Shown piece after piece: positions 39,419-48,372 of a DNA stretch of 64,000 nt. Below the pieces are notes generated by a model that was not told the origin of the DNA, ran no database searches, and worked only from the letters and a program-made list of their open reading frames with translations. The DNA is from Candidatus Binatia bacterium (GTDB taxonomy: Bacteria > Desulfobacterota > Binatia > Bin18), in contig CAXXHG010000001.1 in NCBI GenBank assembly GCA_963666315.2, forward strand, positions 14,681 to 78,680. Direction: 5' to 3'. The translations under genes and the position numbers were made by a program. Position 1 is the stretch's first letter; each line of letters starts with the position of its first letter.

Positions 39419-41338
39419 ATGGCCGTGACAGATAAGACACATTTGAAAAGGCGAGTGATCACCTCGTGGCTCACCGGAGTGTGGTGCTTTGCCCTGCTAG
39501 GCATTTTTATCCCAACGAGTTGGGCAATGGGGCCGGGAGCAAAAACGGCCGCTGATGGAGAGAAACTCTACAACCAATTCTGCGCCCAGTGTCACGAGGG
39601 ACAAGTGAAGCGTGCACCCCACCGTGAAGTCCTGGCGCGACTGCCTGCAGCCCTGGTGCTGCATTCGCTCGAAGTGGGCAAGATGCGGATGCAAGGCTGG
39701 GTTCGGACTGCTGCGGAGCTGCGCGCGATGTCCGAATGGATCACGGGCAAGAAGATAAAGGACACGGATGACACTGTAGCCGGGTTTTGTGCAGACGCCC
39801 CAGGGACATTTTCCGTGCAAGCCGATGCTCCGCAGTGGAATGGTTGGGGAGTCGACCATCTGAACAGCCGCTTCCAGTCTACGCAGCATGCCGGGATACA
39901 GGCAGACCAAGTGCCTGAGCTGAAAGTAAAATGGGTATTCGGCTTGCCCATGGATTTTCGGGCCTCACAGCCCACGGTTGTTGGCGGCCGTATCTTTGTC
40001 GGTTCGTTGAATGGCCGCATTTATTCGCTAGACGCGAAAACCGGCTGTTTGTACTGGTCTGTCAAAACGACCGGCGGCGTTCGCTCGACCATGGTGGTAG
40101 ACACACTACCCGGTACGAATCCGCCCCGTTCTGTCGTCTACGTGGGCGACTCCGAGGCAAACGTGTATGCCCTGGATGCACGAACGGGCAGGCAGTTATG
40201 GAAAGTCAGAGTCGATGACCATCCCTTGGCCACGATAACCGGCACGCCGAAAACGCATGGCAACCGGCTGTACGTGTCCACCACAGCTCTAGAAGAACTT
40301 GCCGGCGGAGATCCCAACTATGAATGTTGTACGTTTCGCGGCAAAGTGATGGCGCTGAACCGCTTCAACGGCAAGTTGGTGTGGAGGGCCTACACGATTC
40401 TCGATCCCCCGGCCCCGACACGTAAGAATGCCATTGGCACCCAGCTGTGGGGGCCGTCAGGGGCGTCGGTGTGGTCGTCGCCCGCGCTCGACCCGGAACG
40501 TGGCCGCATTTACGTGACCACGGGGGACAATTATTCGGACCCGGCCTCACTGACGAGTGATGCAGTCGTGGCCTTTGATCTGCGAACCGGCGCCTTCTTG
40601 TGGTCTAAGCAGTTCACTGCGGGCGACGCGTGGAATGTTGGCTGTGAACAAAAGGACGATACTAATTGTCCGCAAGCGCGCGGTCCAGATCTTGACTTTG
40701 CCTCTGCGCCCATCCTGCGTGTCTTACCCGACGGGAGACGGGTCATTCTGGCGGGCCAAAAGTCGGGCATGTTGCACGCCATTGACCCGGACCGGAAGGG
40801 CGAAATCCTGTGGCAACAGCGGGTTGGTAAGGGCGGCCTCATCGGCGGTATTCAGTGGGGCTCTGCTGCTGATGCCAAACGGGTCTATGTGGCTTTGTCC
40901 GATATTGGGGTAACTACCGTAAAGGATTCTGATATTGGCTTTGACACGACACTCGACAGCAGCGTTGGCGGGGGCATGTTTGCGTATGACATCGAGACGG
41001 GTGAGCGCACATGGTATGTCCCACCGCCCGGCTGTGGCGGCCGGGAACGGTGCAGTCCGGCGCAGTCCGCAGCCGTGTCTGCTATTCCTGGGGTGGTGTT
41101 CTCGGGTTCGGTAGATGGACATTTGCGTGGTTATGCGACAGATACCGGGGCGGTGGTGTGGGACTACAACGCGGACCAGGAGTATGAAAGCACAAACGGC
41201 GTCAAGACGCGCGGTGGCTCGTTCGATGGTCCGGGACCGACCATTGTCGATGGTATGGTGTACGTGAATTCGGGTTATGGTTTTCAGGGCGCAATGGGAG
41301 GAAACGCCCTGATCGCTTTTTCCGTAAATGGCGAATAG
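39419..41338 (+). CDS. Cytochrome c-PQQ quinohemoprotein dehydrogenase (PVA dehydrogenase-like), paralog 2
   Basis: Signal peptide, CAQCH, ECCTFRG, GPDLDFA. Confidence 0.9.
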   Translation: MAVTDKTHLKRRVITSWLTGVWCFALLGIFIPTSWAMGPGAKTAADGEKLYNQFCAQCHEGQVKRAPHREVLARLPAALVLHSLEVGKMRMQGWVRTAAELRAMSEWITGKKIKDTDDTVAGFCADAPGTFSVQADAPQWNGWGVDHLNSRFQSTQHAGIQADQVPELKVKWVFGLPMDFRASQPTVVGGRIFVGSLNGRIYSLDAKTGCLYWSVKTTGGVRSTMVVDTLPGTNPPRSVVYVGDSEANVYALDARTGRQLWKVRVDDHPLATITGTPKTHGNRLYVSTTALEELAGGDPNYECCTFRGKVMALNRFNGKLVWRAYTILDPPAPTRKNAIGTQLWGPSGASVWSSPALDPERGRIYVTTGDNYSDPASLTSDAVVAFDLRTGAFLWSKQFTAGDAWNVGCEQKDDTNCPQARGPDLDFASAPILRVLPDGRRVILAGQKSGMLHAIDPDRKGEILWQQRVGKGGLIGGIQWGSAADAKRVYVALSDIGVTTVKDSDIGFDTTLDSSVGGGMFAYDIETGERTWYVPPPGCGGRERCSPAQSAAVSAIPGVVFSGSVDGHLRGYATDTGAVVWDYNADQEYESTNGVKTRGGSFDGPGPTIVDGMVYVNSGYGFQGAMGGNALIAFSVNGE

Positions 41339-41350
41339 TTAGCCTTCTCT

Positions 41351-41392
41351 GTGACTCTTTTTTCCTTTCCCCTGAGGGGAAAAAAGAGTCAC
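41351..41392. terminator. Perfect 15-bp inverted repeat between paralogs 2 and 3
   Basis: gtgactcttttttcc-N12-ggaaaaaagagtcac. Confidence 0.55.
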
Positions 41393-41495
41393 TCTACAAA
41401 ACTGCGCGCGGGAGTATCTGGACGAGAGAGAGGGGTTCGACACAAAACGCTTCTCCGAGGCAAAAAGGAGGGGCATCGGGAAAAGGAGGTCTTTT

Positions 41496-43424
41496 ATGTT
41501 TGTCCCATCGTCTGTTGGATCTACAAAGCAAAGCATACGTGTCGTGATACAAGCCAGTGCGTGTGTTGCTTTTTTATTGAGTATGATTGTTCCGTCCAGC
41601 TGGGCCTTCTCGCCAACGAATGGGGGCGCTGACGGTGAGACACTTTACAAAGAAAACTGCGCGCGCTGCCACGAGGGGCAAGTCAAACGCGCCCCGCACC
41701 GTCAAGTCCTTCAGCGCCTGTCAGCCGATATGGTGCTGCATTCTTTGGAACTCGGCAAGATGAAATTCCAAGGCATGACGCGGACAACTGCGGAGCGCCG
41801 TGCTACGGCCGAATGGATCACGGGCAAGAAGTTAAAACCCGCCTCGGCTCAGGATGAAACTGTTGCCGGGTTTTGTCCGGACGCGCCGGGGGAGTTCTCC
41901 ATTGAAGACGGTGCTCCTGAGTGGAATGGTTGGGGAGTCAATCACTTTAACACGCGTTTCCAAACTGCTGCTGATGCAGGCGTGAGCGCAGACCAGGTGC
42001 CCAACCTCAAGGTCAAATGGGTCTTTGGTTTGCCTATGGATTTCCAAACCTCGCAGCCGACTGTGGTTGGCGGCCGGGTTTTCGTGGGGAGTATGAAGGG
42101 CCGCGTGTATGCCGTTCATGCCAAAACCGGCTGTTTGTACTGGTCTGTCAAAACGAAGGCTGGTGTGCGTTCAACAATGGTGGTGGATACGCTGCCCGGC
42201 ACCAGCCCGGCTCGTTACGTCGTCTATGTGGGTGACGTCGAGGCCAACCTGTACGCGCTGGATGCGCAAACGGGCAAGGAGCTCTGGCAAGTCAAAATCG
42301 ACGACCACCCGTTGGCACGGATTACCGCAACGCCAAAAACGCACGGCAATCGGATCTATGTCTCGGCTACCACATTCGAAGAAGTCGCGGGCGGAGATCC
42401 CAGTTACGAGTGCTGCACGTTTCGTGGTTCAGTGCTGGCCCTCAATCGGTTCAATGGTAAGCAAGTCTGGAAGGCGTATACCATTCCAGATCCACCCGCC
42501 CCTGTCCGCAAGAATAAGTTTGGAGTTCAGCTGTGGGGGCCGTCGGGGGCCTCGGTGTGGTCCTCACCGGCCCTCGACCTGGAACGGGGCAGAATATACG
42601 TCACCACCGGCGATAACTATTCCGATCCAGCCTCGCTCACCAGTGACGCAGTGATGGCCTTTGATCTGCGGACCGGGAAGTTCTTGTGGTCCAAGCAGTT
42701 CACGCCGAACGATGCCTGGAATGTCGGTTGTGAGACGGACGACGACGCCAACTGTCCGCAGGCGCGTGGTCCGGACCTCGACTTTGCGTCATCGCCCATC
42801 CTACACATTTTACCCAACGGCAGACGCATCATTCTGGCTGGACAAAAGTCTGGGGTGATGCATGCCATAGATCCGGATCGCGATGGTGAGATTCTCTGGC
42901 AACATCGGGTCGGCAAGGGCGGTCTAGCGGGAGGGATACAATGGGGCTCGGCGGCTGATGCCAAACAGGTCTATGTCGCTCTGTCCGATATTGGCATTAA
43001 GACTGTAGAGAATTCGGATGTGGGCTGGGCCACGACCCTGGATGGCAGCGTTGGCGGCGGCATGTTTGCCATAGGCATTGAAAGTGGCGAGCGCAACTGG
43101 CATGTGCCGCCTGTAGGATGTGGAGATAAGCCCCAATGCAGTCCGGCCCAGTCAGCTGCGGTAACCGCCATTCCCGGGGTTGTCTTCTCCGGCTCGGAAG
43201 ACGGCCATCTGCGCGGCTATGCCACCGACACCGGCGAAGTGGTGTGGGATTACGATGCCGATCAAGAATATGAAAGCATAAATGGCGTCAAGACGAAAGG
43301 CGGCTCGTTTGACGGCCCGGGGCCGACGATTGTAGACGGTATGATGTATGTCAATTCGGGTTATGGTTTTTGGGGCGGCATGTCGGGGAACGCGTTGATA
43401 GCGTTCTCGGTGAATGGCGAGTGA
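41496..43424 (+). CDS. Cytochrome c-PQQ quinohemoprotein dehydrogenase (PVA dehydrogenase-like), paralog 3
   Basis: Signal peptide, CARCH, ECCTFRG, GPDLDFA. Confidence 0.9.
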   Translation: MFVPSSVGSTKQSIRVVIQASACVAFLLSMIVPSSWAFSPTNGGADGETLYKENCARCHEGQVKRAPHRQVLQRLSADMVLHSLELGKMKFQGMTRTTAERRATAEWITGKKLKPASAQDETVAGFCPDAPGEFSIEDGAPEWNGWGVNHFNTRFQTAADAGVSADQVPNLKVKWVFGLPMDFQTSQPTVVGGRVFVGSMKGRVYAVHAKTGCLYWSVKTKAGVRSTMVVDTLPGTSPARYVVYVGDVEANLYALDAQTGKELWQVKIDDHPLARITATPKTHGNRIYVSATTFEEVAGGDPSYECCTFRGSVLALNRFNGKQVWKAYTIPDPPAPVRKNKFGVQLWGPSGASVWSSPALDLERGRIYVTTGDNYSDPASLTSDAVMAFDLRTGKFLWSKQFTPNDAWNVGCETDDDANCPQARGPDLDFASSPILHILPNGRRIILAGQKSGVMHAIDPDRDGEILWQHRVGKGGLAGGIQWGSAADAKQVYVALSDIGIKTVENSDVGWATTLDGSVGGGMFAIGIESGERNWHVPPVGCGDKPQCSPAQSAAVTAIPGVVFSGSEDGHLRGYATDTGEVVWDYDADQEYESINGVKTKGGSFDGPGPTIVDGMMYVNSGYGFWGGMSGNALIAFSVNGE

Positions 43425-43456
43425 CGCTAACGCACTTCATTCATCGCTTTTGATGC

Positions 43457-43484
43457 GTAGGGGCAATTCATGAATTGCCCCTAC
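43457..43484. repeat. GTAG-family REP, perfect 28-bp palindrome
   Basis: gtaggggcaattca|tgaattgcccctac. Confidence 0.8.
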
Positions 43485-43658
43485 AACTGGTGGAATCGAA
43501 GTGTCACCGGACGAATTCATGCCGGTAGGTCTAGTAGCGTGTCCCGTCTGAAATTGGGCATGTCTGCGGGTTCATGCTTTGACGGGGCTGCTGAGGACTT
43601 TCTTCTTCGCGGGTCAGCCCGGCGGCATACTCCATGGCGTCCTGGATATCCTCCTCCT

Positions 43659-44297
43659 TTATGGAGCCGGCGCGGTGGCTAATTCAGTCGCAAGGTCAGC
43701 CGAAAGCTGCTGAAGAATCTCTTGAAGATTCCTACTCATGGCCTCCGCCACGGCGGCTGGATTGCGTTTGGTTGCTTGCTGGGTTGCGGTATAGGTCTCA
43801 AACCAAAATGGGGATGCATTGCGAGAGCGGCTGAGCCAGACGTCAATGCTCAGGACTGCCTGCCAAGACTGGGCCTGATCGATCTCCTCACACTGACGCA
43901 CGACGCCTCCGAGCTGTATATCGGCCGGAGCATCCGGAGTCGGATAGACCGTGCTGAAGAGGTTGGATTGCTGCAAGGCGCGTCGTATCAACGTTGTCAC
44001 CATGTCTGCCGGTTGCGAGACCCAGCGATGATAATGGTAGAAATCTACCTGGTAGGGCGAGGAGCGATAGACAATGCGGTCTCGGTTATACGGTTGGTGG
44101 GCGGTAAACAGTCGCACAACCAATGAAGCTGGCGAAGTTGGTGAAGCTGTGGTCTGCGCTGTAGGAGCTGAGCCGGTGTTGCCAGAGGGAAGAGACAGCG
44201 CGTAATAGTGCACCTCTTGCTTGGACTGAGTGACACTACACCCGGCGAGCACTACGCTCCAGAGAATAAGGCAGAACAAGAGCCTGGTGTATGTCAT
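43659..44297 (-). CDS. PqiC-like ABC transport auxiliary lipoprotein
   Basis: Lipobox LAGC, YYAL, DRIVYR, YHRWVSQP. Confidence 0.8.
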   Translation of the reverse strand: MTYTRLLFCLILWSVVLAGCSVTQSKQEVHYYALSLPSGNTGSAPTAQTTASPTSPASLVVRLFTAHQPYNRDRIVYRSSPYQVDFYHYHRWVSQPADMVTTLIRRALQQSNLFSTVYPTPDAPADIQLGGVVRQCEEIDQAQSWQAVLSIDVWLSRSRNASPFWFETYTATQQATKRNPAAVAEAMSRNLQEILQQLSADLATELATAPAP

Positions 44298-45230
44298 GGG
44301 TCTGGAATTTCTTTGGCTGCAACCGTTGTCCCCCAAACAATAGCAGATGGGTCATTGCGTAGGGATACGCTCAGCTCCCTCAGTTCTAGTGCGGTATTCG
44401 ACAAATTCACTAGGAGTTGACGCACTTCTTGGCGATTGTCAACAACAACGTCGTCGACGTGGCGAGTCAACTGGCGCACCTCATTTACCAGCTGGGCCAT
44501 CACGGCTGCGGTCTGCTGCATCTGGATCATTATCGCTTTGCCATCCTTATACAAATCTCCGCGTATGGTGTTAATCGCATCCGTCGCATTTTTTATCCCA
44601 GCTGCTGCCTGAGCCAGATTGTCAACCATCTGGCGTAAAGCCGTTCGCGTTTCCGGGGTTGAGACTTCATCCAGCGAAGTGCGCAGATCTTCTGCCAAGA
44701 GCGACATATTGCGCAGAAAGTTAGTGACGGCGGTCAGATTCTGCTCGCTCAAAACGCCTTGTTCAATACGCGTGAGTGTATCAAGTAGGCGTTCCGCGAT
44801 AGCGCCCGCGCGATCTTGAAACTCTTCCCAGCCCGCCGCGTTCGACTTCAATTTTCGCACCTGTTTCTAAAAGAGGCGCGGTCCTCGATCCGCCCGTCAG
44901 TTCGATATAGCGAATGCCGGTCACAAATGAGCCTATGAGATGCGCGGTCGTATCTTGGCGGATGGGGGTGCCCGGCTGCAGCGCAATCATCACCTCAGCC
45001 AGGGGGGGAGTGTCATGGGTGAGCCTAATGGCTTCGACTTTGCCGACGGTGACACCTTGATACTCAACCACCGCGCCAGGCAAGAGGCCGCTGACTGATT
45101 CTGCAAACAAAATGGCATAACTATCGACCGACTGAAAAAAACGTGAGCCTGCCAGCCACAGCAGTGCACTGCTAAACAGAAAGAAGCTGAGTGTGACAAA
45201 CAGGCCGACCTTAAGCCGATTCTGTCCCAT
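44294..45230 (-). CDS. MlaD/MCE family protein; frameshift in a G-run near 44828
   Basis: KVGLFV, SVSGLLPGAVVEYQGVTVGKV, VTGIRYIELTGG; helical tail ending DPSAIVWG in the second frame. Confidence 0.85.
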
Positions 45231-46035
45231 GCTGTTCTCCATTCACAAGCAAGGTGTCGAGTAAGCTGCCTTGCAAGGTCGTTGCTCGCGGGCGGCGGTC
45301 AAAGAAAGCGCGGATGTGGGGATGGTCGGTCTGCCGCACCTCATCCAGCGGACCGGCGGCAAGCACGCGTCCTGCGTCTAGCATGACGGCGCGATCGGCA
45401 ATCATTTGAATGCTGCCCAGCTCGTGGGTTACGATGATGATGGTCATGCTGAGTTGTTCTTTGAGCCGTAGAACCAATTCATCCAACTCACGTGCGGTAA
45501 TTGGATCGAGGCCAGCAGAGAGTTCATCAAACAGCAGCAGGGTTGGGTCCAAAGCTAGTGCGCGCGCGACTGCTGCCCGCTTTTTCATGCCTCCGCTGAT
45601 TGTCGCCGGCAGGAGATGCGCTGCCCGTTCCAAGCCGACTAAGGAGAGCTTCATCCGAGCCAGCATGCGCGCGGTTTCTTGATCCGTCTTGGTGTGCTCA
45701 ATGATGGGCAGTGCAATATTGTCTTCAAGAGTCATGGAATTAAAGAGTGCCCCGCCCTGAAACGACATGCCTACATTGCGCAGAATGTTTTCACGTTCTT
45801 CTTCATTTGCCTGATGGAAATCGCGTCCGTCGATGAGCACGCGTCCGGCGGTTGGTGTCAGCAGCCCGACAATGTGACGTAAGAGTGTGGTTTTCCCGCA
45901 GCCGCTGCTGCCCAAAACAACAGTGATTTCACCTTGGTAGGCATCCAAACTGATCCCGTCAAGGATGGTCCGGCCATCGTACTGCGCAACCAGGCTTTCA
46001 ATCTGAACGTATGGGCTGGGATCTGATGTTGGCAT
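45211..46035 (-). CDS. MlaF/Mkl-type ABC ATPase
   Basis: GSSGCGKT, ISGGMKKR, FDELSAGLDP. Confidence 0.9.
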   Translation of the reverse strand: MPTSDPSPYVQIESLVAQYDGRTILDGISLDAYQGEITVVLGSSGCGKTTLLRHIVGLLTPTAGRVLIDGRDFHQANEEERENILRNVGMSFQGGALFNSMTLEDNIALPIIEHTKTDQETARMLARMKLSLVGLERAAHLLPATISGGMKKRAAVARALALDPTLLLFDELSAGLDPITARELDELVLRLKEQLSMTIIIVTHELGSIQMIADRAVMLDAGRVLAAGPLDEVRQTDHPHIRAFFDRRPRATTLQGSLLDTLLVNGEQHGTESA

Positions 46036-46064
46036 ACAATTTTCTATAACTGCTCTACGATGGT

Positions 46065-47147
46065 CTATGTCAAATAGTAGAATATCGTGGTGAACACCGC
46101 ATCCGCTAAAATACACAGCACAATAGAGGCAACGACGGATGCGGTGGTATTTGTCCCAACACCTTCTGCTCCACCCTGCACATAAAAACCACGGTAGCAG
46201 GCAACAAGCCCGATCAGCAATGCAAAGACGAGACTCTTGACCATGCCGGTTACGAGATCAATCGTAAGCAATGCCTGCCCGGTCTGCTGCAAGTAATTCC
46301 GGCTGCCGAGACCCAGTAACATCACGCCTATCACGTAGCCACCGAAAACTCCGGTTAGATTCGACAGCACGGTCAAACACGGCACGGCACACAGCAAGGC
46401 GAGAATACGCGGCAAAAGGAGGAAGCGGCCCGGACTCAGGGCCATGGTTTGCATGGCGTCGATCTCTTCAGACACGACCATGGTGCCGAGCTCGGCGGTG
46501 ATGGCCGAACCGCTGCGTCCCGCGACAATGATGGCGGTAATCAAAGGCGCCATCTCGCGGGTCATTGAAACCGCAACGAGGTTGGCAATATAGATAGTCG
46601 CTCCAAATTGGCGGAGTTGACTGGCTGCATTGAGGGCTAAGACCGCACCTATGAGAAAAGACAGAAAGGTGACAATAGGAACGCCGTCTACACCCATCTT
46701 GACGATTTGCTCGACGGTTCGGTCCCATTTGATCCCCTTGCCACGCCAAGGGGCAACAAAGAGCCAATACGCGAGTTCACCAATCATTTCGAGCAAACGC
46801 CGGCCCGTGGCGGACGCGTCCAGCGTTTGCCCTCCCACATATTCCAGAAGGGAAAGTTTCGCTGGCAATTGTCCCGACTGATCCAGAATACTGGCATGAA
46901 GGCCGGTAAAAGCCTGCTGGGCTTGGGCTGACAAGCCACTAAAGCGTACGGTCACTCCGTGGTCTTTTCCCTGCTGTACGAGCCTGAGGAGAGCCGCGAC
47001 CTCTAGTCCCCGCAGGCGTGGCACCTCGCCAAGATCGAGCATATACTGTGAGCCAGACGAGGCTTGCTCAATCTGGCGGGTATGCTCGCGCAGCAAGGAA
47101 AAGATCTGCGGCGACGTTTGCGATGTGCCTGACTCGTCCTGTTTCAA
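46065..47147 (-). CDS. MlaE-type permease with N-terminal STAS-like domain
   Basis: REMAPLITAIIVAGRSGSAITAELGTM, GGAEGVG. Confidence 0.9.
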   Translation of the reverse strand: MKQDESGTSQTSPQIFSLLREHTRQIEQASSGSQYMLDLGEVPRLRGLEVAALLRLVQQGKDHGVTVRFSGLSAQAQQAFTGLHASILDQSGQLPAKLSLLEYVGGQTLDASATGRRLLEMIGELAYWLFVAPWRGKGIKWDRTVEQIVKMGVDGVPIVTFLSFLIGAVLALNAASQLRQFGATIYIANLVAVSMTREMAPLITAIIVAGRSGSAITAELGTMVVSEEIDAMQTMALSPGRFLLLPRILALLCAVPCLTVLSNLTGVFGGYVIGVMLLGLGSRNYLQQTGQALLTIDLVTGMVKSLVFALLIGLVACYRGFYVQGGAEGVGTNTTASVVASIVLCILADAVFTTIFYYLT

Positions 47148-47292
47148 AATATGTGTCGTCCTTTTCCCCGCTCGCCTCGACTAGCGGACGCTCGGAAGCC
47201 CGGAAGTTCATGCATCAGCCTTGCCGGCGGGTGTGCACCCATTCTACCTTTTTTGTGTTTTCATAGCATAACAGGAGATGGGGGATGGAGTC

Positions 47293-48349
47293 ATGATGCG
47301 AGGGGGGGGGACAGCACCCGCCGGCGTATGTCTGGATAGTGGTGATTGTATGTCTGATGCTGGGCAGCTGTAGTGGGGATGCTGAGCAGCGGTCTGCCTG
47401 CCGACTCTGGTGTTGTGTCCACACACAAAGAAGAACTGGCTGGCAGCGCAACGACTGACGAGAGGCGAGAAACGGCCGCTGCTGTGGGCCGGGTTGTTGC
47501 GGGCAAGAATCTCGGCATGATTGTGTCCGGAGTGGGAAGTGCAGCGTCAACGCGCTCGCTTGACGTTCTGGAACAGCGTATACAGTCTTTCTTGCGTCAC
47601 CTGCAAGCCGTGTATGAACGCGAGCGGCAGAAACAGCTGAATCTGATGGGCAGTGTGGACGTGTATTTGACTATTGAGCCCAATGGCAATGTCTCAGACT
47701 TGCGGTTCCCCAAAGCCCGCGTCTCAGACGAGCGTTTCCTGGCCGCTCTATTCGATCCCATAACGACGTGGGTCTTCCCCCCGCTGAAGATACGGCCCAC
47801 CTCCGAGTCACCTTTCTGTTTGTTCCCCCAAGCTTTGATCTCGCTTCCGTGATTGCATGGGAAAGGCAAGTCGTTCCCACGTCTCATGCTGCTCAACGGA
47901 AACCGGCTGCCACGACGGTTGTAGCCGGTGCGGTCCTGCCGCATCCTCAAGCGACTCCGTCGCCGACTTTGTGGCCGTCGCCGATCCCTGCGCTGGCCCC
48001 AATGGTGCCCGGCACAACGGGGGAGGGTAAAGAATCGTCCATTACCGTTACACCAGCAAAGACGACCCAGACAGCGCAGGCTGTGGTTTCTCGGACGAGT
48101 CCGCTTGTGCAGAAGAAGCATCCACCTCCAGTAATCACAGACTCCGGGTGGTATCAGATCAAGCGCTCTACCGCGCTGCGCGCCGAACCACGGACGTCTG
48201 CCGCCTTGGTCGCCCTGCTCTAGCCGGGCACCCGGGTCAGAGTTGTCGGGATCGTTTCCGGGACATGGCTCGAGGTCCGCTCGGTCTCCAACCGTCGGCC
48301 TGGTTATCTACACCGTACGGACGCACAGCGAGTCGACGGGCCACGCTAA
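47293..48349 (+). pseudogene. Lipoprotein with TonB-C/AgmX-like domain, Pro/Thr linker and SH3b domain, multiply disrupted
   Basis: G9 run after the ATG, further frameshifts near 47395 and 47780, in-frame TAG at 48221 inside SH3b (LRAEP...L*PGTRVRVV...WLEV...GYL). Confidence 0.6.
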
Positions 48350-48372
48350 TCTCCAGATCCGACAGATAGGCA

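Noticed and set aside
43659-47147. STAS-MlaE/MlaF/MlaD/PqiC cluster as a novel system
   Set aside because: This is a known, widespread MCE transporter architecture
17397-48223. Pyrrolysine or stop-codon recoding at the two in-frame TAGs (17397, 48221)
   Set aside because: Both are one substitution from TGG or CAG in genes with other lesions, and many intact genes here end in TAG
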